Positions 17,982 to 26,210 of a stretch of DNA of 44,786 nucleotides are shown piece by piece. The stretch's first letter is position 1; each line of letters begins with the position of its first letter. Location: assembly GCA_964634645.1 (NCBI GenBank), contig CAZWKI010000004.1, positions 1 to 44,786 of the forward strand. Reading direction: 5' to 3'. This DNA is from an uncultured Gammaproteobacteria bacterium. Lineage in GTDB: Bacteria; Patescibacteriota; Patescibacteriia; UBA1558; S5-K13. The notes under the pieces were generated by a model that worked only from the letters and a program-made list of their open reading frames with translations, was not told where the DNA came from and did not search any database. Both the position numbers and the translations under genes were made by a program.

Positions 17982-19802
17982 ATGAAGTTAATGTTTAAAA
18001 ATATTTTCAGAATTATATGTTTTGTTTTTTTTATTTCGAGTATTTTGACTCTATTTATTTATGAGACCCTATCTTTACAGTTGGTTTTTCCAGTAAGCGG
18101 TCTCGAGTATTTTTTAAGGATTACCACAAGCTTCATTTTGTGTATAGTTCCAGCTATAGCTGTCTTGTATTTTAGAAGTAATTATAAGAATAAATATGTT
18201 TATTCTTTTTTGTTAACTATATTCTGCGTGTATTATTTTGTATTATTTCTTCTATTTATATATTTTAATACAACCACAAATTTTTTTGGAATTAATTTTT
18301 TGTTAGATAATTTTGAGGAGGCCATTTTTACTGTAAAATCAATTTTTGGAACAGCCAGGCTATTTTTTATACTATCTTTGTTTTTGTTTTTTGTAATCTC
18401 CTTTATTATAACTGCAAATTTTATAAAGCTTAGTGATTCTAAAATTCTTAACATTTTTAAAAAAATAATTGCTAATTTATTTATACTATTTATTATTTTT
18501 GCCAGCCTAGAATTTTATTTTCATTATGAAAAACCACTTTTATTAGATTTTATGGATAATATTTTTATAAACAAAGATGTTGTTTATCAAGAATATCAAA
18601 CAGATTATTCTACAATAGTTGACAGGTATTTCAATTTTAAATTAGAAGAGTTTAATTTAGAAAAAGTACAAGAAAATTTACCAGATATATATTTTATACA
18701 TTTAGAAAGTGTGAGCGGAGATTTTATGGATAAATACATTATTCCTAATTTTGATAAATACTCAAAAGAAAATGGTGTTGTTTTTGATAATTTTTATAGT
18801 AATTCAATACAGACCTTGAGGTCCCAAGAATCTATTTTATGTGCACTTCCACCGTCTTTGGGTGGATATTTTCAAAACAAATTTGATTCAAAAAGATTAC
18901 TGTGTATACCAAAAATTCTCTCTCATTATGGATATAAAACATTGTTTTTCAAAGACCATGATTTGAATTTTTCTAAGACAGGTAAATTTATGTCTGACAT
19001 TGGATTTGGTGAATTACACAGTTCGGATATAATGAAAGAAGGAGACCCATATTATAAATGGGGATTTAGAGAAGATGTTTTTTATAGGAGAGTTTATGAG
19101 TATCTAGAAAATTATAGAGAGCATAGGAAATTTGTTTATATAGCTATATCAGCTACAAATCACCTCCCATTTAACGTGCAAGAAGAATTTAATGATTTAC
19201 CCATTAAGCAGGTCAAAACTTTTACAGATAAATTAAAAAATACAACATATGTTCAGGATAAATATCTTAAGGTGATTTTAGATGAATTAAAAAATGATAA
19301 AAAAGAAAAATATATCTTTATTTTTGGCGACCACCCGTGGCCAACAAACTATCATAAGAATAATTATTTTAATGAAAAATTTGCGTATAGAGAAAATTTT
19401 CATACGGTTTTTTCTGTTTTACATTTTGGAGAAGGTGAAAGTCTTCTTAATTTTGGAGACAAAATAGAAGATTCTTATAACCAAATAGATTTTTTAAAAT
19501 CAATATTAGATCTGCTTAAAATAAAAAACTCAAACAAGTATTTGGGAAACTCCTTTTTTGAGGATTTATTAAAAGAAAATGAAACACAAACAATGCAAAA
19601 TTGTTCTATTTCTGTTCAACCATATTCAAATAGATATATAAGTCTTTTTTATGCAAATAAACACTATATTTATGATATAAAAAATAAAGAATCTTATTAC
19701 TTTGATATTTTAAAAAACAAATACGAAACACAACAACACAATATTTCTCAAAACGATTTTTTAGGCTTTTATAACAAGTGCAAAAAATTAATAGGGTATT
19801 AA
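17982..19802 (+). CDS. LtaS-like sulfatase/phosphoglycerol transferase family membrane protein
   Basis: Five or more N-terminal TM segments are followed by an extracytoplasmic alkaline-phosphatase-superfamily domain (IYFIHLESVSGDF, NSIQTLRSQES, SATNHLPF). Confidence 0.7.
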   Translation: MKLMFKNIFRIICFVFFISSILTLFIYETLSLQLVFPVSGLEYFLRITTSFILCIVPAIAVLYFRSNYKNKYVYSFLLTIFCVYYFVLFLLFIYFNTTTNFFGINFLLDNFEEAIFTVKSIFGTARLFFILSLFLFFVISFIITANFIKLSDSKILNIFKKIIANLFILFIIFASLEFYFHYEKPLLLDFMDNIFINKDVVYQEYQTDYSTIVDRYFNFKLEEFNLEKVQENLPDIYFIHLESVSGDFMDKYIIPNFDKYSKENGVVFDNFYSNSIQTLRSQESILCALPPSLGGYFQNKFDSKRLLCIPKILSHYGYKTLFFKDHDLNFSKTGKFMSDIGFGELHSSDIMKEGDPYYKWGFREDVFYRRVYEYLENYREHRKFVYIAISATNHLPFNVQEEFNDLPIKQVKTFTDKLKNTTYVQDKYLKVILDELKNDKKEKYIFIFGDHPWPTNYHKNNYFNEKFAYRENFHTVFSVLHFGEGESLLNFGDKIEDSYNQIDFLKSILDLLKIKNSNKYLGNSFFEDLLKENETQTMQNCSISVQPYSNRYISLFYANKHYIYDIKNKESYYFDILKNKYETQQHNISQNDFLGFYNKCKKLIGY

Positions 19803-19834
19803 TATTTTAAAAATAACTAAAATAAGTAATTTTT

Positions 19835-20514
19835 ATGAAGTATATAATAATTCCAACATATAATGAGAAAGAAAATATAGAAAAATTAATAAAAGCTATT
19901 TTTGATCTAAAAATTTTGGATTTAAGGGTCCTTATTGTAGACGACAATTCGCCAGACAAGACAGGTGACATAGTAGATAATTTAAAAAAAGATTATCCGG
20001 TTGAGATTATAAAAAGATCCGGAAAATTAGGTCTTGGAAGCGCCTATGTAGAGGGATTTAAATACGCTATTAATAGGGGGGCAAACATCGTAATGGAAAT
20101 GGACGCAGATTTTTCTCATGATCCAAATGATATTCCAAGATTAATACGAGAAATAGAAGATGGATTTGATATGTCAATAGGCTCTCGCAAAATTAAAGGA
20201 GGAGGGGTTGTGGGTTGGAATTTTAAGAGAAAATTTATGTCTGATATGGCAATGAGCGCATCAAGACAAGGGATGTGACGGCTGGTTTTAGATGTTACAA
20301 CACAAAAATTTTTGAAAAAGTTGACTTAGATAAAATAAAATGCAATGGATATGCGTTTCAGGAGGAGCTTCTTTATTTTGTTGAAAAAAATGGTTTTAAA
20401 GTCAAAGAAGTACCCGTTATTTTTGTTGACAGAAAATTAGGAAAATCAAAGTTGGGTATAAAAGATATTTTAGGATTTTTTATTACTATGATTAGGCTAA
20501 GATTTAGAATATAA
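19835..20514 (+). pseudogene. Polyprenol monophosphomannose synthase (Dpm1-like GT2) broken by a frameshift near 20260-20278
   Basis: ORF 19835-20278 carries IIPTYNEKENI, VDDNSPD, MDADFSHDP and GSRKIKGGG. Homology (DVTAGFRCY...) continues in another frame in ORF 20275-20514. The segment between the WNFKRKF and DVTAGF blocks is shorter than I expect for this family. Confidence 0.7.
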
Positions 20515-20515
20515 T

Positions 20516-20544
20516 AAAAAAGGCTCAATCAAGAGCCATTTTTA
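20516..20544. terminator. Bidirectional terminator between convergent gene blocks
   Basis: Sequence aaaaaggctc-aatcaa-gagccattttt, with stem 20522-20526/20533-20537 and flanking A and T runs. Confidence 0.5.
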
Positions 20545-20561
20545 TTATTGTATCAAAATTT

Positions 20562-21014
20562 TTATGTAGAGCTTGCTGCTGAGCCATACCCTCCTACACC
20601 ACCAATGAGACTAAAAACAAGAGATACAAGTATATATGAAAAAACAATTATAATAATACCAATAACAGCATTTTTTATTCTAGATCTAGCTTTTTTTATT
20701 TTTTCACTGTCACCGCCAGACATCATCCATTCGAAACCACTGATTATGATTAATATTAGAAATATTACACCTATAAGACCAAGTATTATTTTTATTATGT
20801 CGGATATTAGATTGCTGGGAGGAGCGTTTTTTAATCCAGCCCACGCAGCAAACGTATCCGTTTTAAATTCTCGAGAACTTGCATCTATATTAATAATTGG
20901 TTCTGGCAAATCTGGTTCTTCTAATTGTGCAAATACATTGAAATAATATAAAAAATTTATGATTATTAAAGAAAGTATAAGTATGGGTATTTTTTTTGTA
21001 TATTTTTGTGTCAT
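20562..21014 (-). CDS. VirB2/TrbC-like two-TM pilin paralogue 1
   Basis: Signal peptide ending VFA-Q. Conserved module ILGLIGVIFLILIIISGFEWMMSGGDSEKIKKARSRIKNAVIGIIIIVFSY. The + strand ORF 20548-20946 is a shadow. Confidence 0.65.
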   Translation of the reverse strand: MTQKYTKKIPILILSLIIINFLYYFNVFAQLEEPDLPEPIINIDASSREFKTDTFAAWAGLKNAPPSNLISDIIKIILGLIGVIFLILIIISGFEWMMSGGDSEKIKKARSRIKNAVIGIIIIVFSYILVSLVFSLIGGVGGYGSAASST

Positions 21015-21028
21015 ATATTTTTATTAAA

Positions 21029-21445
21029 TTATTGACTGCTATACTTAAATATATTTTCAATAAATACTACCAGCGTATAAGAAAAAACAACTATTGCAAG
21101 TCCAAAAATAGCATTTTTTATCCTTGCCTTTGATTTTTTTACCGTATCTTCATTTCCCCCAGCAGTCATCCATTGAATACCAGAAACTATTATTAAAATT
21201 AGGAATAATATCCCCAGAAAAGAGATAATTACTTGTACAATATTCGCTATTGTGTTAAATAGTGTATTTGGTCCAGTAGTTTCCGAAAAACGAGCTGCTT
21301 TTGCGGCCTCGTCTGTCTTTCCCTGAATTAAATTTTGTAGGGACTGTGTTGTCGTTTCTTCAGCATGAATATTTATTTTGACCATGGGAATTAGAATAAA
21401 CCCACAAACCATTAGAAAATAAATTATTTTTTTTACCTTATTCAT
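21029..21445 (-). CDS. VirB2/TrbC-like two-TM pilin paralogue 2
   Basis: Signal peptide ending IHA-E. Module FLGILFLILIIVSGIQWMTAGGNEDTVKKSKARIKNAIFGLAI. Confidence 0.65.
   Translation of the reverse strand: MNKVKKIIYFLMVCGFILIPMVKINIHAEETTTQSLQNLIQGKTDEAAKAARFSETTGPNTLFNTIANIVQVIISFLGILFLILIIVSGIQWMTAGGNEDTVKKSKARIKNAIFGLAIVVFSYTLVVFIENIFKYSSQ
21092..21211. repeat. 120-bp perfect direct repeat, copy A (C-terminal module of pilin 2)
   Basis: By my base-by-base comparison, the sequence tattgcaagtcc...aggaataatat is identical to 21550-21669. Confidence 0.85.
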
Positions 21446-21486
21446 ATTTTTAATTATTGATTTTACGATTTTAAATATTTTTATAT

Positions 21487-22095
21487 TTAGATCTGACTTT
21501 CAAAAAATAAGTCTATTATAAAGTATGTTATAGCGTATGCAAAAATAGTTATTGCAAGTCCAAAAATAGCATTTTTTATCCTTGCCTTTGATTTTTTTAC
21601 CGTATCTTCATTTCCCCCAGCAGTCATCCATTGAATACCAGAAACTATTATTAAAATTAGGAATAATATACCTATAAAGGATAATATAGTTTTTATTATA
21701 TTACCAATTACTGTTGGTAAATCAACGTTTCCAGATCCATAACCTATTCCTCCCGCAACAGCGCCCATTATAGACCCAGCATTATTGATACCCGTAGGGA
21801 TAATATTGCCCCCACCACCTCCGTTTCCTGTTGGTGGACAGCATCTAGTATACTCATATTGATCGCTATCTGGAGCACCTGAAGCACCTAAACATTTGTT
21901 TGATACACAGCCTTGACAGTTAGTTTCTTTACAAAATCTACAGCTCCAGCCCTCAGTGCCAGGTGCTTGAGGTGTTCCGCAGGTATTTTCCGCGCCAAAA
22001 CAAATTGTCGCAAAACCAAACAAGAGAAAAAGATTTGTTATAATAATTATTTTTTTAAAAAAATATTTTTTGTTTTTTGTATTTAGACCCACCAT
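21487..22095 (-). CDS. VirB2/TrbC-like pilin paralogue 3 with an N-terminal 8-Cys module and a Gly-rich spacer
   Basis: After the signal peptide comes the 8-Cys segment CGTPQAPGTEGWSCRFCKETNCQGCVSNKCLG...RCCPP. This is followed by GNGGGGGN and a module identical to that of paralogue 2. Confidence 0.65.
   Translation of the reverse strand: MVGLNTKNKKYFFKKIIIITNLFLLFGFATICFGAENTCGTPQAPGTEGWSCRFCKETNCQGCVSNKCLGASGAPDSDQYEYTRCCPPTGNGGGGGNIIPTGINNAGSIMGAVAGGIGYGSGNVDLPTVIGNIIKTILSFIGILFLILIIVSGIQWMTAGGNEDTVKKSKARIKNAIFGLAITIFAYAITYFIIDLFFESQI
21550..21669. repeat. 120-bp perfect direct repeat, copy B (C-terminal module of pilin 3)
   Basis: Identical to 21092-21211. Confidence 0.85.
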
Positions 22096-22112
22096 AAATT
22101 TATTTATAATAT

Positions 22113-22487
22113 TTATATTAGTTGATTTACCAAAAGAGGAAATATTGTATTTGCTATTATGTAGGCACCAAGAGTAATTACAAGTCCATAAACAGCATTT
22201 TTTATTCTATCCCTTGCTTTTTTCACGGTATCCTCATTTCCTCCAGCAGTCATCCATTGAAAGCCAGCAATAATTGTAAGAACAAGAAACAAAACACCTA
22301 TTAGACCAAGAATATATTGAATTATTATAACTATGATTATTAAAATATGTGGGCTTTCGCCATATCCAAGATCACCAGCAGTTTGTGTAAGGTCAGATGT
22401 CACATAACTCGGAACTTGCGCTTGAGCAATTGATAAAAACAAAAAAGATAATAAGCTAAAAATTAATATTTTTTTTATGGATTTCAT
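22113..22487 (-). CDS. VirB2/TrbC-like two-TM pilin paralogue 4
   Basis: Signal peptide ending AQA-Q. Module ILGLIGVLFLVLTIIAGFQWMTAGGNEDTVKKARDRIKNAVYGL. Confidence 0.65.
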   Translation of the reverse strand: MKSIKKILIFSLLSFLFLSIAQAQVPSYVTSDLTQTAGDLGYGESPHILIIIVIIIQYILGLIGVLFLVLTIIAGFQWMTAGGNEDTVKKARDRIKNAVYGLVITLGAYIIANTIFPLLVNQLI

Positions 22488-22493
22488 TAAAGT

Positions 22494-22853
22494 TTAAAAA
22501 GATATAAGTTCAAACACTGTATTTGCTATTATATAGGCGCCTGCAATTATAATAATGCCTATTATCGAATTGAATATTTGTTCTTTTGCCTTTTTTATGA
22601 CTTCTGTATTTCCCCCAGCAGTCATCCATTTTATTCCTGCAAAAATGATTTGTATTAAAAATATTACACCAACAAAAGATAGAACATAGCCTACCACGCG
22701 TACTATTATAACGTCAATATTCGATCCACCAGTTGTTAGGTTAGCCTTTTTAGCCGTTTCATCTAAACCATAATTATCAGCAAAAGCAATATGAGAATTG
22801 ATTAATATGATAGATATTGACAAAATAATTAATGCAAAAATTATTTTTTTCAT
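22494..22853 (-). CDS. VirB2/TrbC-like two-TM pilin paralogue 5
   Basis: Signal peptide ending AFA-D. Module VLSFVGVIFLIQIIFAGIKWMTAGGNTEVIKKAKEQIFNSIIG. Confidence 0.65.
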   Translation of the reverse strand: MKKIIFALIILSISIILINSHIAFADNYGLDETAKKANLTTGGSNIDVIIVRVVGYVLSFVGVIFLIQIIFAGIKWMTAGGNTEVIKKAKEQIFNSIIGIIIIAGAYIIANTVFELISF

Positions 22854-22947
22854 AATGTTTTATTTTTGAAGAGATAAATCGTGTAAATAATTCAGACTAT
22901 TACCCCCCACAAAATTGTGAGGAGTAAGGTGTCTAACATATTTACTA

Positions 22948-23355
22948 TTATATTGTGTCGGTTACTCCCTCTCCTGTTGCAGCGCCAAATATTAAATCAA
23001 CTACAAATTGTTGTATGATGTATGCGAAAAGAACTATTATCATACCGACAATTCCAGCTCCCATTAATTTTTTTGCAGCACCAATTTTTTCACTATCACC
23101 ACCTGATGTCATCCATTTAAACCCACCTATAATAATTATAAGTAAAGCAACAACACCCAACAATGCTAATATAAGTCTTATTACATTTGAAATTGCGCCA
23201 CCAGGAGTTACTTCGTTATTTAACCCAGCTTCATTTGCAATTACATCTACATTGAATTCCTCTAAGTTTATTTGAGCAAATGCTCCTGAAACAATGAAGC
23301 AAGAAACAATTGCTACTAGCGCAAAGGAAACAATTTTTGTTAGTTTTTTTGACAT
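22948..23355 (-). CDS. VirB2/TrbC-like two-TM pilin paralogue 6
   Basis: Signal peptide ending AFA-Q. Module ILALLGVVALLIIIIGGFKWMTSGGDSEKIGAAKKLMGAGIVG. Confidence 0.6.
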   Translation of the reverse strand: MSKKLTKIVSFALVAIVSCFIVSGAFAQINLEEFNVDVIANEAGLNNEVTPGGAISNVIRLILALLGVVALLIIIIGGFKWMTSGGDSEKIGAAKKLMGAGIVGMIIVLFAYIIQQFVVDLIFGAATGEGVTDTI

Positions 23356-23536
23356 TTAGTTATTTGTCCTTTCTTTTCCCATTATTGGGAAATTAATTAT
23401 TTTTTATATTAATTATATTAATTAAAGTTAAATAATATAAACATTAAAATTTTATATTTTAATAATTATGTCTAAACTTATAATATAATCCTATAATAAT
23501 TATACAATTTAATTGAAAAATATAAAAGAGGGCATG

Positions 23537-23857
23537 TTATTTTGCTAATGTTGTAAATATCTGATTTAAAATAGTGTAGGCTGAAAAAATTAAGACAAGC
23601 CCCAACACAGCCCAAATTATTGTTTGTTTTCCATTTTTTATTTTTTCTGAATTACCACCAGATGTGAGCCACAAAAATCCTCCATAAATAAACATTAGCA
23701 AAGCAATTGAACCGACAACTCCCAAAAGCGCTTTTATTACAATTCCTATTAAATCGGGAACATTGTTTACTTTAAGTGGATTTGTTATTCCATCAGCACT
23801 TATTACATTGGGTACAAGTAAAAACAAATATATTGATACAAGAATTTTTTTTATCAT
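23537..23857 (-). CDS. VirB2/TrbC-like two-TM pilin paralogue 7
   Basis: Signal peptide ending ISA-D. Module LLGVVGSIALLMFIYGGFLWLTSGGNSEKIKNGKQTIIWAVLG. Confidence 0.6.
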   Translation of the reverse strand: MIKKILVSIYLFLLVPNVISADGITNPLKVNNVPDLIGIVIKALLGVVGSIALLMFIYGGFLWLTSGGNSEKIKNGKQTIIWAVLGLVLIFSAYTILNQIFTTLAK

Positions 23858-23893
23858 ATTATTTGTATAGCAATTAAAATGGTAATTTATTGA

Positions 23894-24604
23894 TTATAAT
23901 TTATAAGAATCATTTAACAATGTTTCATTGTATACTGTACCTTTTAATAGTGTTTTTCTTACAAAATCTACTATTAAAAAAGCACATAAGCATATTATTA
24001 TTCCTATTATTGTCTGAACCATCATTGTTTTAGCGCTAGATATTTGGCTAGAATTACCATGAGAGGTAAGCATTTTTATTCCCGCTATTATGAAAAATAA
24101 AAGCGCAATACTTCCTATGAGCCCCATCAAATATTTAGCAATAATTATAGCTACATTTACTATGTCTGTCACGCTACAGTTTCCATCTTTAATACAGCTA
24201 ACAGGTTGATTAAATAATGTACCCGCACTAGTACCCGTACTATCATCTTCATCTTCTGCATTTGTAGTAGTAGGACAACATTTATTTGTTGTTCCGCTAC
24301 CACAAAGACCAGAAACACAACCCCATTTCGCACAATTAGAGCCACATTCTTTGCAAGAGTATGTTGGATATGAATGTTGACATTTAGCATTGGGTGGGCA
24401 ACATTGTTTAGTTGCTCCTCCACTACAAAGATTAGGGAAACAATCCCACGCTTCACAATTAGAGCCACATTCTGTGCAAAAATAATTTGGATGCTCATTT
24501 GAGCAAGTAGAGCCTTGTACATCAAAACAAAAACTAAACGAGACAATAAACAAAAGTAATGATGTACAAAAAATTATAATCTTTTTTAATTTAGAGAATT
24601 TCAT
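23894..24604 (-). CDS. VirB2/TrbC-like pilin paralogue 8 with a tandem-duplicated 8-Cys module
   Basis: Two consecutive 8-Cys units are present (CSNEHPNYFCTECGSNCEAWDCFPNLCSGGATKQCCP and CQHSYPTYSCKECGSNCAKWGCVSGLCGSGTTNKCCP). A divergent module follows: LMGLIGSIALLFFIIAGIKMLTSHGNSSQISSAK. Confidence 0.6.
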   Translation of the reverse strand: MKFSKLKKIIIFCTSLLLFIVSFSFCFDVQGSTCSNEHPNYFCTECGSNCEAWDCFPNLCSGGATKQCCPPNAKCQHSYPTYSCKECGSNCAKWGCVSGLCGSGTTNKCCPTTTNAEDEDDSTGTSAGTLFNQPVSCIKDGNCSVTDIVNVAIIIAKYLMGLIGSIALLFFIIAGIKMLTSHGNSSQISSAKTMMVQTIIGIIICLCAFLIVDFVRKTLLKGTVYNETLLNDSYKL

Positions 24605-24607
24605 TTT

Positions 24608-26104
24608 TTATTTTATATCTTGATTAATATTTGTAGCAGTATCATTTAGTAATTTTATTAGAGATTTTGAATCTAAGCTATTTGTACGAAATGTTTCTAT
24701 CATATTTTGTATCTTATTTTTGGCCGAGCTATAATTTGTTCCATGATACCAGGATGTGGCAGATTTTATTTGTTGTGCAAAAACGCTTACGGCGGGATTA
24801 TTTTCAATTTGTTTATTGAAGTAACTTGTCAAAGCCGTTGGCCTATTTGTTTGATCTAGATATAGTTTAACATTTTTTTCACGTGTGGCAAAATCTATAA
24901 ATCCCCAAGCAACATCTTTATTTTTTGTTTTGTGTGAGACCGTCATAACCCAGTAATCCGCAAAATTGATTGGTGTTCTTGCTACTTCAATAGTGTTTCC
25001 GGAAGCATCAGTTGTCTTTGTTGTAATTTGTGGCATTGGGGCTATGTCAAACCAAACAGCATCAGGACTTGGGTTTGATTTTTTCTTTTCATACCATTTA
25101 CTATCTATTTTTTCTATGTCATATGGATAGCCAAAGAAAAAGGCAACACTTTTTTCACGAAATCTTGATAGGGCGTTGATTTCTTCGGGGTTAATGGTAT
25201 CAGTCCAAGAATATGTTTCTTTTATAGGATTTGCGAAATCTGTATAAAAAGTTAATGCGCTTAGCGCTGTTGCTTTTTGTTCTTCATTTGAGCCGAAATT
25301 TATAAGATTATTATTATTATTAACTTGAATTCCGCTTTGTTTCATAAGTAATATTAAAATATCAACTGCATTTGCAATATTTGCTGTCGTGCCCATTGCT
25401 GTTCCTGATTGTATAAAATCAGTTTTATCTTCGTTTAGTAGCGTTAATTCTTTTACATATTTTGCAAAATCATTCCAGTTTTTTGGTGGCGTATCTACAT
25501 TTAAATAATCAAACATTTTTTTATTATAAAATAGAGCCATTGTATTAAGGCTTAGAGGAAGACCATATATTTTATTGTTTATTACAACATCATTATATAC
25601 AACGGGGGCAAAAGAATTTGATAGTTGGTTTAAAGTGAGGGTTTTTACTTCTTTTGTATAATGACTTATATCTGTTTTTTGAAATGATCCAAATCCAGTT
25701 TTTTTTACTTCTGTATATGGAAGTTTTATTTTTTCTGGAAGAGGGCTAATTCTATTTTTATATTGATTTATCAAAGAGTTTTGTAGAAAATATATGTCTG
25801 GCGCAAGATTGTTTTCATCGGTTGAATCAACCCAAGCATTTATAAGTTTTTGTTCATATTCTTGGGGTTCAAATTTCCTATATTCAAAACTTACAGTAGG
25901 ATAAAGTTTTTTAAATTCTTTAAAAAGTAATTCTAAACTTTTTGAGTCTTCATATACGCCCCAAACTACAAGCTTTACGGGTTTTACGATTCCACCACTT
26001 CCAGGAGTTTTCGTACAGCTAAATCCAGATGTTAATATAAAGATAAACATTAAAAATAAAATTAGTTTTTTTGTTTTTAACCTGCTCGATGGGTTTTTTT
26101 TCAT
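24608..26104 (-). CDS. ABC-transporter extracellular solute-binding lipoprotein (family 1, sugar-type)
   Basis: Lipobox-like LTSGFS-C after an N-terminal hydrophobic segment. Size and composition fit family 1 SBPs. It lies 3 nt upstream of pilin 8 on the same strand. Confidence 0.7.
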   Translation of the reverse strand: MKKNPSSRLKTKKLILFLMFIFILTSGFSCTKTPGSGGIVKPVKLVVWGVYEDSKSLELLFKEFKKLYPTVSFEYRKFEPQEYEQKLINAWVDSTDENNLAPDIYFLQNSLINQYKNRISPLPEKIKLPYTEVKKTGFGSFQKTDISHYTKEVKTLTLNQLSNSFAPVVYNDVVINNKIYGLPLSLNTMALFYNKKMFDYLNVDTPPKNWNDFAKYVKELTLLNEDKTDFIQSGTAMGTTANIANAVDILILLMKQSGIQVNNNNNLINFGSNEEQKATALSALTFYTDFANPIKETYSWTDTINPEEINALSRFREKSVAFFFGYPYDIEKIDSKWYEKKKSNPSPDAVWFDIAPMPQITTKTTDASGNTIEVARTPINFADYWVMTVSHKTKNKDVAWGFIDFATREKNVKLYLDQTNRPTALTSYFNKQIENNPAVSVFAQQIKSATSWYHGTNYSSAKNKIQNMIETFRTNSLDSKSLIKLLNDTATNINQDIK

Positions 26105-26210
26105 ATTATTGTGTTTTATTTTGATTTTATTTTTATTGATTGAAATTAGATATAAAATATTATATCTAGCTAGTAGGTTTTACGTTGTTTAACTTTTTTA
26201 GCGAGATAAG

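Noticed and set aside
20272-20280. TGA at 20276-20278 as a recoded (Gly) codon, as in Gracilibacteria/Absconditabacteria.
   Set aside because: Downstream homology continues in a different reading frame. Read-through in frame gives RLVLDVTTQKF... with no similarity. Other genes in the window end credibly at TGA (for example 33711-33713).
20548-20946. 132-aa + strand ORF overlapping pilin paralogue 1. Similar shadows occur at 22122-22304, 22955-23275 and 24169-24546.
   Set aside because: The - strand frames carry the signal peptide and the conserved WMTAGGN module shared by eight neighbours. The overlapping frames have no such support.
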